A DNA stretch of 41,869 nucleotides, taken from positions 1 through 41,869 of IMG/VR virus record IMGVR_UViG_3300037755_000507. One strand, given 5' to 3'. The notes under the pieces are model-generated. The model ran no database searches. It was not told where the DNA came from and worked only from the letters and a program-made list of their open reading frames with translations. Both the position numbers and the translations under genes were made by a program. The first letter of the stretch is position 1, and each line of letters starts with the position of its first letter. Below, piece after piece: positions 17,037 through 25,040 of this stretch. This stretch comes from a virus (taxonomy: Duplodnaviria > Caudoviricetes).

Positions 17037-17414
17037 ATGGCATTGTACGAACGAACACTTGCAGGCGACTACGCAACGACCGAGTTCGGCGACGACGATC
17101 TTGACGCGACAGTGGAACAGGCCGGTAGCGGCGCAAAGACCCTGCACCACGTTTACGTCGATTGCCGGGAGAACACGAGCGAAGACGTAACGATTCGATT
17201 CTGGAATACGGCAGCAGGAAGTGTCACCAACGGATCGACGGACGCCGTGCTCTGGTTCCGATGCCCCAAGGGGATCGAGCAGAACATCAAGATCAAGTTC
17301 GGCGGAATTGCGTTTGGAACCGCGCTCAGTTGCGCGGCCGTGAAGAACGTCGGCGGCACGGGCGGTAGCGACAGCCCGTCCGGAACCGTGAAGGTCAAAC
17401 TCAAGGCAAGCTGA
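17037..17414 (+). CDS. Putative virion beta-sandwich protein, paralogue 2
   Basis: AGGAG SD. TIRFWN...NGSTDA...IAFGTALSC. Confidence 0.75.
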   Translation: MALYERTLAGDYATTEFGDDDLDATVEQAGSGAKTLHHVYVDCRENTSEDVTIRFWNTAAGSVTNGSTDAVLWFRCPKGIEQNIKIKFGGIAFGTALSCAAVKNVGGTGGSDSPSGTVKVKLKAS

Positions 17415-19186
17415 TGCCAGGCTTCGACCCGGAAAACAAAGATCAGATGGAGCGGCTGCGGAGGGCGGTCCACTGGTCGGTATTGTCGCTGGCGACTGCT
17501 CGCAATCAGTACAAGGACAACACGCGCCTGTACGCCGGCGGCAACTGGGGAACCAATCGAGGCCCGACCGAGCACTCCCCTGTTCCACTGGTCGAGATGT
17601 ACGTCGATACCGTGTCGCGCTACATGGGGTACGACCCGTCTGCCTTTGTGACGGCAAAGCCGATGGAGCTTCGCGACCAGGCGGTGAAGTTTCAGATGGC
17701 GCTGGACAAGAACGCACGGGAGCTTGAACTGGGTCGCGTCGGCCGCGAGGCCGTCAAGTCGGCCATGCTTGCCGGCATGGGCGTAACGATGGTCGGCCTG
17801 AATCTGGCTGGAAGCACAGAGCTTCACGGCCGGACGTTCTTTCAGGACGAGCCGTTCGCCACGCCAATCTCGTTCAGCACGTGGTTTCACGACATGTCGG
17901 CCCCGGACCTGTCTTGCCTTGAGTACGAGGGGAACCAGTTTCGCGTACCGCTTGATCAGTTGCTCGACTACAAGCTGGCCACGAAGGGCTTGCAGGACAA
18001 GTTGCAGGCGTCGGGCCGTTCGTACAAGACGCTTTCCGGTGATGATGACGTGGCCGCTATGGCGCACGAGCCGTCCGATTCGGACGTGGAGATTTACGAC
18101 CACATCGACCTGCTGAACATCTACTTGCCGATGAGCAACCTGCTGCTGGTGGTTCCGGCAGATGGTCCATTCGAGGCGGTCCGCATCATCGAATGGGATG
18201 GTCCGCATCATGGCCCGTTCCACAAGCTGTGGTTTGAGTTGATCCCAGGATCGTCGGTTCCGCATTCTCCTATCGCCAGCGTCAAAGACCTTCACGTCAT
18301 CGCCAATGACAGCTACGAGAAGCTGACGAATCAGTTCATGGAGGAGAAGACTGTCCTTGGGTACAGCGGGGTTGCCGCGGAAGACGCCGAGCGTTTGGTT
18401 CGCGCGTCCGACATGGACAAGATCAAGCTCAACCATCCGCAAGGATTGAACATCTTCAAGTTCAGCGGCATGGACGCGAACGGGCAGGCTTTCTTCCTGA
18501 ACACGAAGCAGTTGTTTGACTGGGCGGCCGGGAACCTGAGTTCGCTGGCTGGACTTGGTCCGCAGGCGGACACCGCGAGACAGGAAGACCTTATCAGCCA
18601 GACTAGCAGCCGCAAGGTGAAGGCCATGCAGGAGGACTTCATGGCTTACATGCGCGGCATTCTCCGCCACCTTGCCTGGTACGAGTGGACCGATCCTATT
18701 CGCAAACGGATGCTGACCAGGCGCATTCCCGGCACGAGTGTCGAGATTCAGACCGAGTGGTCTGCCGAAACCCGGCGCGGGAACTTTCTCGACTTCGATA
18801 TCGACATCGAGGCGTACAAGAGCCGCCACCAGTCGCCATCCGAGAAGGCGATGCAACTGAACCAGTTCGTCCAGGGAGTGCTCATGCCGTCATTGCAGTT
18901 CATGCAGGCGGCCGGAGTCGGCATTGACTGGGTTGACATGCTGAAAACGCTGGCCCGCTACCAGGGGCTTTCTGAGGTCGAGAACTGGTTCATCGAGGGC
19001 ATTGCTGGTGCGGACCAGTATGGCAGCAATCCGATGCCGACCATGTCTCCGAACACGAAGCGGACGTACGAAAGAATCAACCGGCCCGGCATGACGAACC
19101 AGGGCCATGATCAGGCCATGTCGCTTGCGTTGATGGGGGCGGCACAGCCGGCGCAGACGAAGTCGATCGGAAGGGCGGCAGGATGA
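17414..19186 (+). CDS. Portal protein
   Basis: 590 aa between terminase and scaffold/capsid. AGNLSSLAGLGPQADTARQE tunnel-loop-like motif and FDIDIEAY...P motif typical of podoviral portals. Confidence 0.88.
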   Translation: MPGFDPENKDQMERLRRAVHWSVLSLATARNQYKDNTRLYAGGNWGTNRGPTEHSPVPLVEMYVDTVSRYMGYDPSAFVTAKPMELRDQAVKFQMALDKNARELELGRVGREAVKSAMLAGMGVTMVGLNLAGSTELHGRTFFQDEPFATPISFSTWFHDMSAPDLSCLEYEGNQFRVPLDQLLDYKLATKGLQDKLQASGRSYKTLSGDDDVAAMAHEPSDSDVEIYDHIDLLNIYLPMSNLLLVVPADGPFEAVRIIEWDGPHHGPFHKLWFELIPGSSVPHSPIASVKDLHVIANDSYEKLTNQFMEEKTVLGYSGVAAEDAERLVRASDMDKIKLNHPQGLNIFKFSGMDANGQAFFLNTKQLFDWAAGNLSSLAGLGPQADTARQEDLISQTSSRKVKAMQEDFMAYMRGILRHLAWYEWTDPIRKRMLTRRIPGTSVEIQTEWSAETRRGNFLDFDIDIEAYKSRHQSPSEKAMQLNQFVQGVLMPSLQFMQAAGVGIDWVDMLKTLARYQGLSEVENWFIEGIAGADQYGSNPMPTMSPNTKRTYERINRPGMTNQGHDQAMSLALMGAAQPAQTKSIGRAAG

Positions 19187-19530
19187 AAGGTAAGATCGTC
19201 TATCGCGTAGATGGAACAAAAGAATACCAGTTGGACGGCAAGGCCGTCAGTAAGCGGGCCTTCGATCGGGCTATTCCGACCAAGCTCAACGACGAACCTC
19301 CGAGGTTTCATATTGCCGGATCGAACCTGTCTTGGCCGCGTCGTGATCCGTGGCTCGGCATCGTCCCTCATGCGAAGGACATTGAGAAAGCCGAGTCGCA
19401 CGCGGCCAGCCGCGGAGTTCCGACTCAGTACGACCGGAAGACTGGCGATGCTATCATTACGTCGTGGGCGCACGAACAGAAGTTCCTCAAGCTGCACGAG
19501 GCTGAGGTCAGCGGAAAGCTGGGCAGGTAA
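19183..19530 (+). CDS. Portal-adjacent hypothetical protein
   Basis: ATGA overlap; WP...GVPT.YD..G motif. Confidence 0.75.
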   Translation: MKGKIVYRVDGTKEYQLDGKAVSKRAFDRAIPTKLNDEPPRFHIAGSNLSWPRRDPWLGIVPHAKDIEKAESHAASRGVPTQYDRKTGDAIITSWAHEQKFLKLHEAEVSGKLGR

Positions 19531-19788
19531 ATGATGAACCTGATGGACATGTTGAAGCGGGTCGGCCCGATGATGGGCCAGGGTGGTATGCAGCCCGGCC
19601 AGCCCGGCGGCAAGACGAGTACGGACGACATTCGCCGGCGGATGATGCTGGCGAGGATGAAGTCCGCCCAGGGGATGCAGCCGGGAATGGGGGGTCCGCG
19701 ACAAGCGGCTCCGGGAGGCCAGGGCGCGCCGGGGCAAATGACGAATCTTCTCAAGATGCTTAGCGCAAGAATGGGAGCAGGCCGATGA
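19531..19788 (+). CDS. Met/Gly/Gln-rich low-complexity protein
   Basis: Fills the gap exactly and overlaps the scaffold start (ATGA). Confidence 0.65.
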   Translation: MMNLMDMLKRVGPMMGQGGMQPGQPGGKTSTDDIRRRMMLARMKSAQGMQPGMGGPRQAAPGGQGAPGQMTNLLKMLSARMGAGR

Positions 19789-20681
19789 GCGACGAAAACG
19801 TGCAGCCGATCGAACAGGATGATCTTCGGTTTGAGGCCACAACGCCGGATGAGCCGCAGTCGAAGCCGGACACCAGTTCCGAGTCCGAACCGGAAGCGTC
19901 TGACGACGTGTGGACTCCGGAGGTGCTCGAAATAGCGTCCGACCTTGGCCTGACCGAGAAGCAGGCCCGCAAGTTCGGAACGCCGGAAGCGCTTGCGCAC
20001 CACATCGACCTCACCACGCGCCGTGAACGCGAAGGGCGCCGTGAGCCACAGCCGCGTCGTGAACCAGGGCAGCAGGCGGAAAAGAAGAAAGAGGAGCCGG
20101 ACGAGGAGCCGTTCCCGGAACTCGCCGAACTGAGCGGCGAGGACTACGACGAGGCGATCAAGGCATTTACCGGCAAATCGAAGGCCGCCATCGAGCGGCT
20201 CGCGAAGGACAACAAAGAACTCAAGCAGGCGGTCAAATACCTGGCGTCACGTGCCCAGGAGGCCACCGAAGAGCAATATCTCCGTCAGTTCGACGAGGCC
20301 ATTTCCGGACTTGACGATGATCGCAAGGCCAAGTTGGGGGAGGGGCTTTTCAGCTCCGACCATGAAAGCGCGGAGTTCCGTCGGATCACCAAGATTCACG
20401 AGGAAATCCAACTCATTCAGGACGTGTACCAGAGACGCAACGGCCACAAGATGCCCTTCAAGAGGGCGTTCTCCAGGGCTGTTACGGAAGTGCTGGGCGA
20501 GGCGAAGAAGAAGGAAGTTGATCCGCCGCGATCTGGAAGAGTTGAACAGACCGTGATCAAGCCGAACGGACGTGCCGTGCAAAAGAAGAACCTGTCTCCG
20601 GACGAGGCCGCCTTTAGCAGGGTTGACGCCTTCTTCCGGGACAACGAGTTCGGCGCTAACGGCGTCGGCTCCATTCTGTAA
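19785..20681 (+). CDS. Capsid scaffolding protein
   Basis: Acidic disordered N-terminus and helical charged body, directly upstream of the major capsid gene. Confidence 0.75.
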   Translation: MSDENVQPIEQDDLRFEATTPDEPQSKPDTSSESEPEASDDVWTPEVLEIASDLGLTEKQARKFGTPEALAHHIDLTTRREREGRREPQPRREPGQQAEKKKEEPDEEPFPELAELSGEDYDEAIKAFTGKSKAAIERLAKDNKELKQAVKYLASRAQEATEEQYLRQFDEAISGLDDDRKAKLGEGLFSSDHESAEFRRITKIHEEIQLIQDVYQRRNGHKMPFKRAFSRAVTEVLGEAKKKEVDPPRSGRVEQTVIKPNGRAVQKKNLSPDEAAFSRVDAFFRDNEFGANGVGSIL

Positions 20682-20693
20682 CGGAGATAGCCA

Positions 20694-21755
20694 ATGGCAA
20701 TCATCACTCCTGCGAGTATTGCCGATCTCGTGACCGGAACCTTGCAGGATTATCAGAAGGATCTCTTCGAGCAGTTGCTGGCGTCGTTTCAGGATTACGT
20801 CGTCGTCAAGCACTGGTTCAAGAGCAAGGATCGGATCATCGTCAAGTCCGGCCGGAAGATCGACTACAACGTCGCCGTGACCCCTGCGGACGTGGCGGAG
20901 TTCGTCGGTCTTTTCGCGGATGACAACACTGACGCCTACGACCACCTCCAGACGATCACTGTGCCGTGGACTTTCGCCCGTACCGGGTGGATTTACGACT
21001 ACAGCGAGGCGTTGATGAACCGTGGTCGTGCGCTCATTACGGAGATCGTGAAGCCGCGCGAGCAGAACGCAATCATTTCGATGGCGAACCTGCTGGAGAA
21101 CGCGGCCGCCAGTGTTCCGACCACAGACGAGACGCATAAGCCGTACGGGCTTCCGTACTGGCTGCCGTGGAACGCCACGGACGGCTTCAATGGTGGCGCC
21201 CCGGACGGCCACACCACGGTCGGCGGAATGACGCCTGGGACGAACACGAAGAACTACACACTCACCTACACCACGGTGAACTACCCCGACCTGTTCAAGA
21301 AGCTCTCTCGCGGGTTCCTGCTGACCAAGTGGCACAGCCCCGTGAGCGACATGAACGAGTGGCGGGGCGAGAAGGGCAACCGCTATATGGTGTACGGCAA
21401 CGCCGACTTTGTGGTCGAAGCCGAAGACCAGGCCCGCCAGCAGACGACGTACAACTCGCCTGCCGGGAAAGACCTGCTTCCGGTTCGCTACATCGACGAC
21501 ATGCCGACGATCCGGAAGTTCAAGATTCAGCACTGGCCTGTGCTCGACAGCAACACGGCCGACCCGATCTACTGCGTTGACCACAACACATTCTTCCCCG
21601 TGGTCATGGAAGGCAACTTCATGCGTACGATCGGACCGGACCGGAAGGTCGGCAACCAGTCTGACGTGTTCCAGGTCATCAAGGTGGTGGCCTTCAACTT
21701 CATCTGCATCAACAAGCGCGCGAACATCGTTGCGGCGAAGCCTGCGCCTTTGTAG
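20694..21755 (+). CDS. Major capsid protein
   Basis: 353 aa, strong SD, after the scaffold. IADLVTGTL, VPW, PYGLPYW and NFIC.N...N are consistent with an HK97-fold capsid. Confidence 0.88.
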   Translation: MAIITPASIADLVTGTLQDYQKDLFEQLLASFQDYVVVKHWFKSKDRIIVKSGRKIDYNVAVTPADVAEFVGLFADDNTDAYDHLQTITVPWTFARTGWIYDYSEALMNRGRALITEIVKPREQNAIISMANLLENAAASVPTTDETHKPYGLPYWLPWNATDGFNGGAPDGHTTVGGMTPGTNTKNYTLTYTTVNYPDLFKKLSRGFLLTKWHSPVSDMNEWRGEKGNRYMVYGNADFVVEAEDQARQQTTYNSPAGKDLLPVRYIDDMPTIRKFKIQHWPVLDSNTADPIYCVDHNTFFPVVMEGNFMRTIGPDRKVGNQSDVFQVIKVVAFNFICINKRANIVAAKPAPL

Positions 21756-21766
21756 GAGTAATATCC

Positions 21767-22594
21767 ATGAGTAGAAGCACTTACGCTCCCTACAACAACG
21801 GCAGTTTCAGCAACTCGCTGTGGAAGCGCGGAAGGTTCGATTTCGCCCGTCTGCTGCAAGACCCGAATCTCGGGTACTACTACAGCGACGACTTCGTGAA
21901 CTTCTCGCAACACATCAGCGACCAGTCCGTTCAGCGGTACGACAGCTACATCGACAGTGGCGTGACCATTAAGCAGTTGACGGGCACGGCTGGCCGCGGT
22001 GGCGCTATCGAGATTGCCGGGAATGACGCGGACAACGACGAGGGTGTTTTGAGCACTCACGGTCCGGCGTTCATGGTGTCCGATTCGACGAAGAAGGCCC
22101 TGGCTTTCGAGGCGATCTGGTCGAAGGCCAGTGTTGCTGACAACGCCCTTGCCAGCTTCATCGGACTGGGATTCGACCACGGCAACAGTGTTCCTGTCGC
22201 GAAGACGCTGTGCCTGACTGACGACGACGGCGCGCTCGGCGCGTTCAGCTTCATCGGCTTTCACGTCGATCAGGCGGACGGGGACGCTCTGGACTTCGTT
22301 TACAAGGCGGACGGCCAGAGCGCTGTCGTCAAGATTGCCGGCGTCCAGGCGTTGGTGGCCGCAACGACCTACCGGCTCGGATTCCTGTTCGACCCCGACC
22401 GCGGTGCCGACAAGCAGATCGCCATTTTCGTCGATGGCGTCGAGCAGAGCACCTATGTCACGGCGGCGAATATCGCGGCCGCGACGTTCCCGGACGATGA
22501 GCCGCTGGCAATGGTCTGGGCGGCCAAGGTCGGCACCGGGTCCGCGGAAGTGAAGAGCCAGCTCTACGGCTGGCGTTGTGCCCAGTTGCTTTAG
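21767..22594 (+). CDS. Capsid decoration / lectin-like virion protein
   Basis: AGGAG SD. YSDDF...YRLGFLFD...IFVDGV resembles a ConA-like beta-sandwich; follows the capsid gene. Confidence 0.65.
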   Translation: MSRSTYAPYNNGSFSNSLWKRGRFDFARLLQDPNLGYYYSDDFVNFSQHISDQSVQRYDSYIDSGVTIKQLTGTAGRGGAIEIAGNDADNDEGVLSTHGPAFMVSDSTKKALAFEAIWSKASVADNALASFIGLGFDHGNSVPVAKTLCLTDDDGALGAFSFIGFHVDQADGDALDFVYKADGQSAVVKIAGVQALVAATTYRLGFLFDPDRGADKQIAIFVDGVEQSTYVTAANIAAATFPDDEPLAMVWAAKVGTGSAEVKSQLYGWRCAQLL

Positions 22595-22606
22595 AAGGAG
22601 ATTTCC

Positions 22607-23089
22607 ATGCAGCCCGTTCGAGAAGACAGTCTCGTTTCGACGAGAGACGAAGAGACGTTCACGATCCTGTGTGACTACCTCGGTGTTGCGCAGTTACCGG
22701 ACCTTTTCGTCAAGTGCTATCGCCAGATCAAGTACAAGCGTGATCTGCACGCTGGGGCGGGCGGCTGGCGTCCTACTCGGAGCGAAGTCGGGATCATCGC
22801 CGACCTGACGGGGGTTCACTCCGGCAAGCCGATGATTCCGGTCGAGGAGTGGGACGACGATCTCAAGTCGGAAGATGCCGATAACTGGCTCGTGCTCGGA
22901 GAGAGCGTGGTCGTGACGATCGGCAGGCGGGAAGTGGACGCCAAGTATCTCGGGGAGGTGGACGGCGACAGCAATCGCGTCCGCCTGCGTCTCCAGGACG
23001 GAAGCGAGAAGACCACCTGGAAGTCCCGCGTTCGATCGAAGCACGAAATGGCCCCCGCGGCCGGTCCCGATCTGGTACTCGCACGATGA
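22607..23089 (+). CDS. Hypothetical protein with possible C-terminal SH3-like barrel
   Basis: AAGGAG SD. LGESVVVT...AKYLG...RVRLRL. Confidence 0.7.
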   Translation: MQPVREDSLVSTRDEETFTILCDYLGVAQLPDLFVKCYRQIKYKRDLHAGAGGWRPTRSEVGIIADLTGVHSGKPMIPVEEWDDDLKSEDADNWLVLGESVVVTIGRREVDAKYLGEVDGDSNRVRLRLQDGSEKTTWKSRVRSKHEMAPAAGPDLVLAR

Positions 23090-23847
23090 GCGAATCTCGC
23101 CTCATTCTCAGCATGGACGACTTGCGGTCGGACTTCGGCTACAGGCTGGGGTACGGCCGCGAGTCGGCCAACTGGGATTTCGATCAGAAGGCCGACGTGG
23201 AGTGGACGCTCGGCATAGCCCTGCAATGGGTCTACTGGCCGGATGCGTTCCCGGAGTTCCACTGGACGTTCATGCGTCCGACGGGAACTTTGACCACGGT
23301 TGCGAGTCAGTGGCGCTACACGCTGCCTGACGACTACGGGGCGCCTCGCGGCCCGTTCTTGTTCTCGGCTGGTACCGGGTACACGGAGATACCGATCGTC
23401 AACGAGGCGATGATCATTCAGTTGCGGGCAACCGTGGACACAACGGGCGTGCCCTGCAAGGCTGCTGTCCGGCCGCTTCCTGAGCAGGGGGCGTCCGGTA
23501 CTCGGTTTGAGGCGTTGCTGTACCCGACGCCTCAACAGGCATGGCCGCTGACCTACCAGTACGACCTTGTTCCGGACGCTCTGACTCCGGCGAGGCCGTA
23601 CCCTCTTGGCAGCCCGCAACTGAGCGAGCTTTACCGGATGGCGGGGTATGCGGCGATCGAGGTCAGATTCGAGAGAGTGATCAACGGCCCGGAAATGTCG
23701 CTCTTCCAGAGCAAGCTCAATGCGTCGATCCGCAGAGAGGCCGGTAGTAGAGCGCCGGACACATTGTCCCCGACCAGGGGCTTCGCGACGCTGGACGAGT
23801 TCTATAAGTACAGTGGTCGCAAGTCCAGATACTTGGGAGTTCAGTAA
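23086..23847 (+). CDS. Head-to-tail adaptor (tail tubular protein A-like)
   Basis: WTFM...LTTVASQWRYTLPDD...LYPTP...L.YQY motifs and position. Confidence 0.8.
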   Translation: MSESRLILSMDDLRSDFGYRLGYGRESANWDFDQKADVEWTLGIALQWVYWPDAFPEFHWTFMRPTGTLTTVASQWRYTLPDDYGAPRGPFLFSAGTGYTEIPIVNEAMIIQLRATVDTTGVPCKAAVRPLPEQGASGTRFEALLYPTPQQAWPLTYQYDLVPDALTPARPYPLGSPQLSELYRMAGYAAIEVRFERVINGPEMSLFQSKLNASIRREAGSRAPDTLSPTRGFATLDEFYKYSGRKSRYLGVQ

Positions 23848-24194
23848 TGGCTGTCACTGGCGCGAGTTCAGGCAATCCGTGCGGCGACTGGTTCTACAAG
23901 ACGGCGACCGGCACGGTGACGATAACTTTTGCGGCGAAGGACAACGTCAAGACGATCGTTCGCCGGGTTTCATGGTCCATCGGGGCCGCCCCGTCCACCG
24001 GGAGTTTGCAGATTTCCGTGGACGGAACGGTCGTTTACTACCGGGACATCATCGGTACTGCGGCCGTGGACGAAGAGCCGGTCGAGTACGATATCGGCGG
24101 CGACTTCAATGAAGCGGTCGTCGTTTCCTTGCTGAGCACGGGGACGACGAACAGATTGAATGTTCAGGCGGTCGGCGGCGTGCTGCCGACGTGA
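23847..24194 (+). CDS. Small beta-rich putative virion protein
   Basis: TAATG overlap, within the tail module. Confidence 0.7.
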   Translation: MAVTGASSGNPCGDWFYKTATGTVTITFAAKDNVKTIVRRVSWSIGAAPSTGSLQISVDGTVVYYRDIIGTAAVDEEPVEYDIGGDFNEAVVVSLLSTGTTNRLNVQAVGGVLPT

Positions 24195-24207
24195 TCGGAG
24201 AATAGCG

Positions 24208-25029
24208 ATGAGTTACAGGCAGCATCAGGCGGACGCTGGCGGCGACATTGACACGCTGGTCGGCCCGCAGATTCGAGACCGCAATCACCTTGGCTACGCC
24301 ATGCACGTCGATGCGTTCACCGCCCCGACGGATGAAGAGGCTGGCTACGCGCCGGGTTGTACCTGGCGCGACACGAGCGGCGGCAACGTCTACGAGAACC
24401 GTGGCAGTGCGACCTCGTCGTCGTGGAACGGAAACGTAACCGCGACCGGTGGCACACAGGCTTCTGGCGGACCAATTGACGTTGGCCTCGGCACGCTCGG
24501 TGTCAACCCGGCAGAGGCCACCAACCTCCAGTTGATCCCGGACACTGACGACACCGGGTTCGTCTCGATCGGCAATGGCACCAAGGACTGGGACTTCGAT
24601 GTGTTCCTCGGTGACGCGGCCGATTACGTCGAGTTCAATGTTGGCCAGAAAGCCCTCAAGTTCGCCGGTGCGACCAAGATCAACCACCGGCAAGGCAATC
24701 CGGTTGCCGAGACGACGGCAGCCACGTTGGCGATCGCGGACCTGCTGGCGGGCCTGATCACAGTCACGCACGCTGAGGGCAACAATCAGAACTACACGCT
24801 CGACACGGGCACACTCTGTGACGCGGCGGCCAACCTGTCGAACAACGAGGGATTCTACTGGAGCCTGCTCAATCTGAGCGGCACTCCGGCCACGAATACG
24901 GCGACGGTGGTTGCCGCCACTGGCCACACCGTGGTCGGACATATGGTGGTTGGCGACCAGACGCCGGTCGGTCGATTCTTCACCCGCAAGACGGCTACGA
25001 ACACGTTCATCACCTACCGGGTGGCGTAA
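24208..25029 (+). CDS. Putative head or tail fibre / decoration protein
   Basis: GGAG SD. GYAPGC.W.DT...VYEN.G motif, T/A/G-rich, C-terminal RFFTRKT...TYRVA. Confidence 0.7.
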   Translation: MSYRQHQADAGGDIDTLVGPQIRDRNHLGYAMHVDAFTAPTDEEAGYAPGCTWRDTSGGNVYENRGSATSSSWNGNVTATGGTQASGGPIDVGLGTLGVNPAEATNLQLIPDTDDTGFVSIGNGTKDWDFDVFLGDAADYVEFNVGQKALKFAGATKINHRQGNPVAETTAATLAIADLLAGLITVTHAEGNNQNYTLDTGTLCDAAANLSNNEGFYWSLLNLSGTPATNTATVVAATGHTVVGHMVVGDQTPVGRFFTRKTATNTFITYRVA

Positions 25030-25040
25030 GGAATGGCTGG

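Noticed and set aside
12512-21584. Long minus-strand ORFs (12512-14296, 17153-18856, 20247-21584)
   Set aside because: Antisense shadows of TerL, portal and capsid caused by high-GC codon bias; no motifs.
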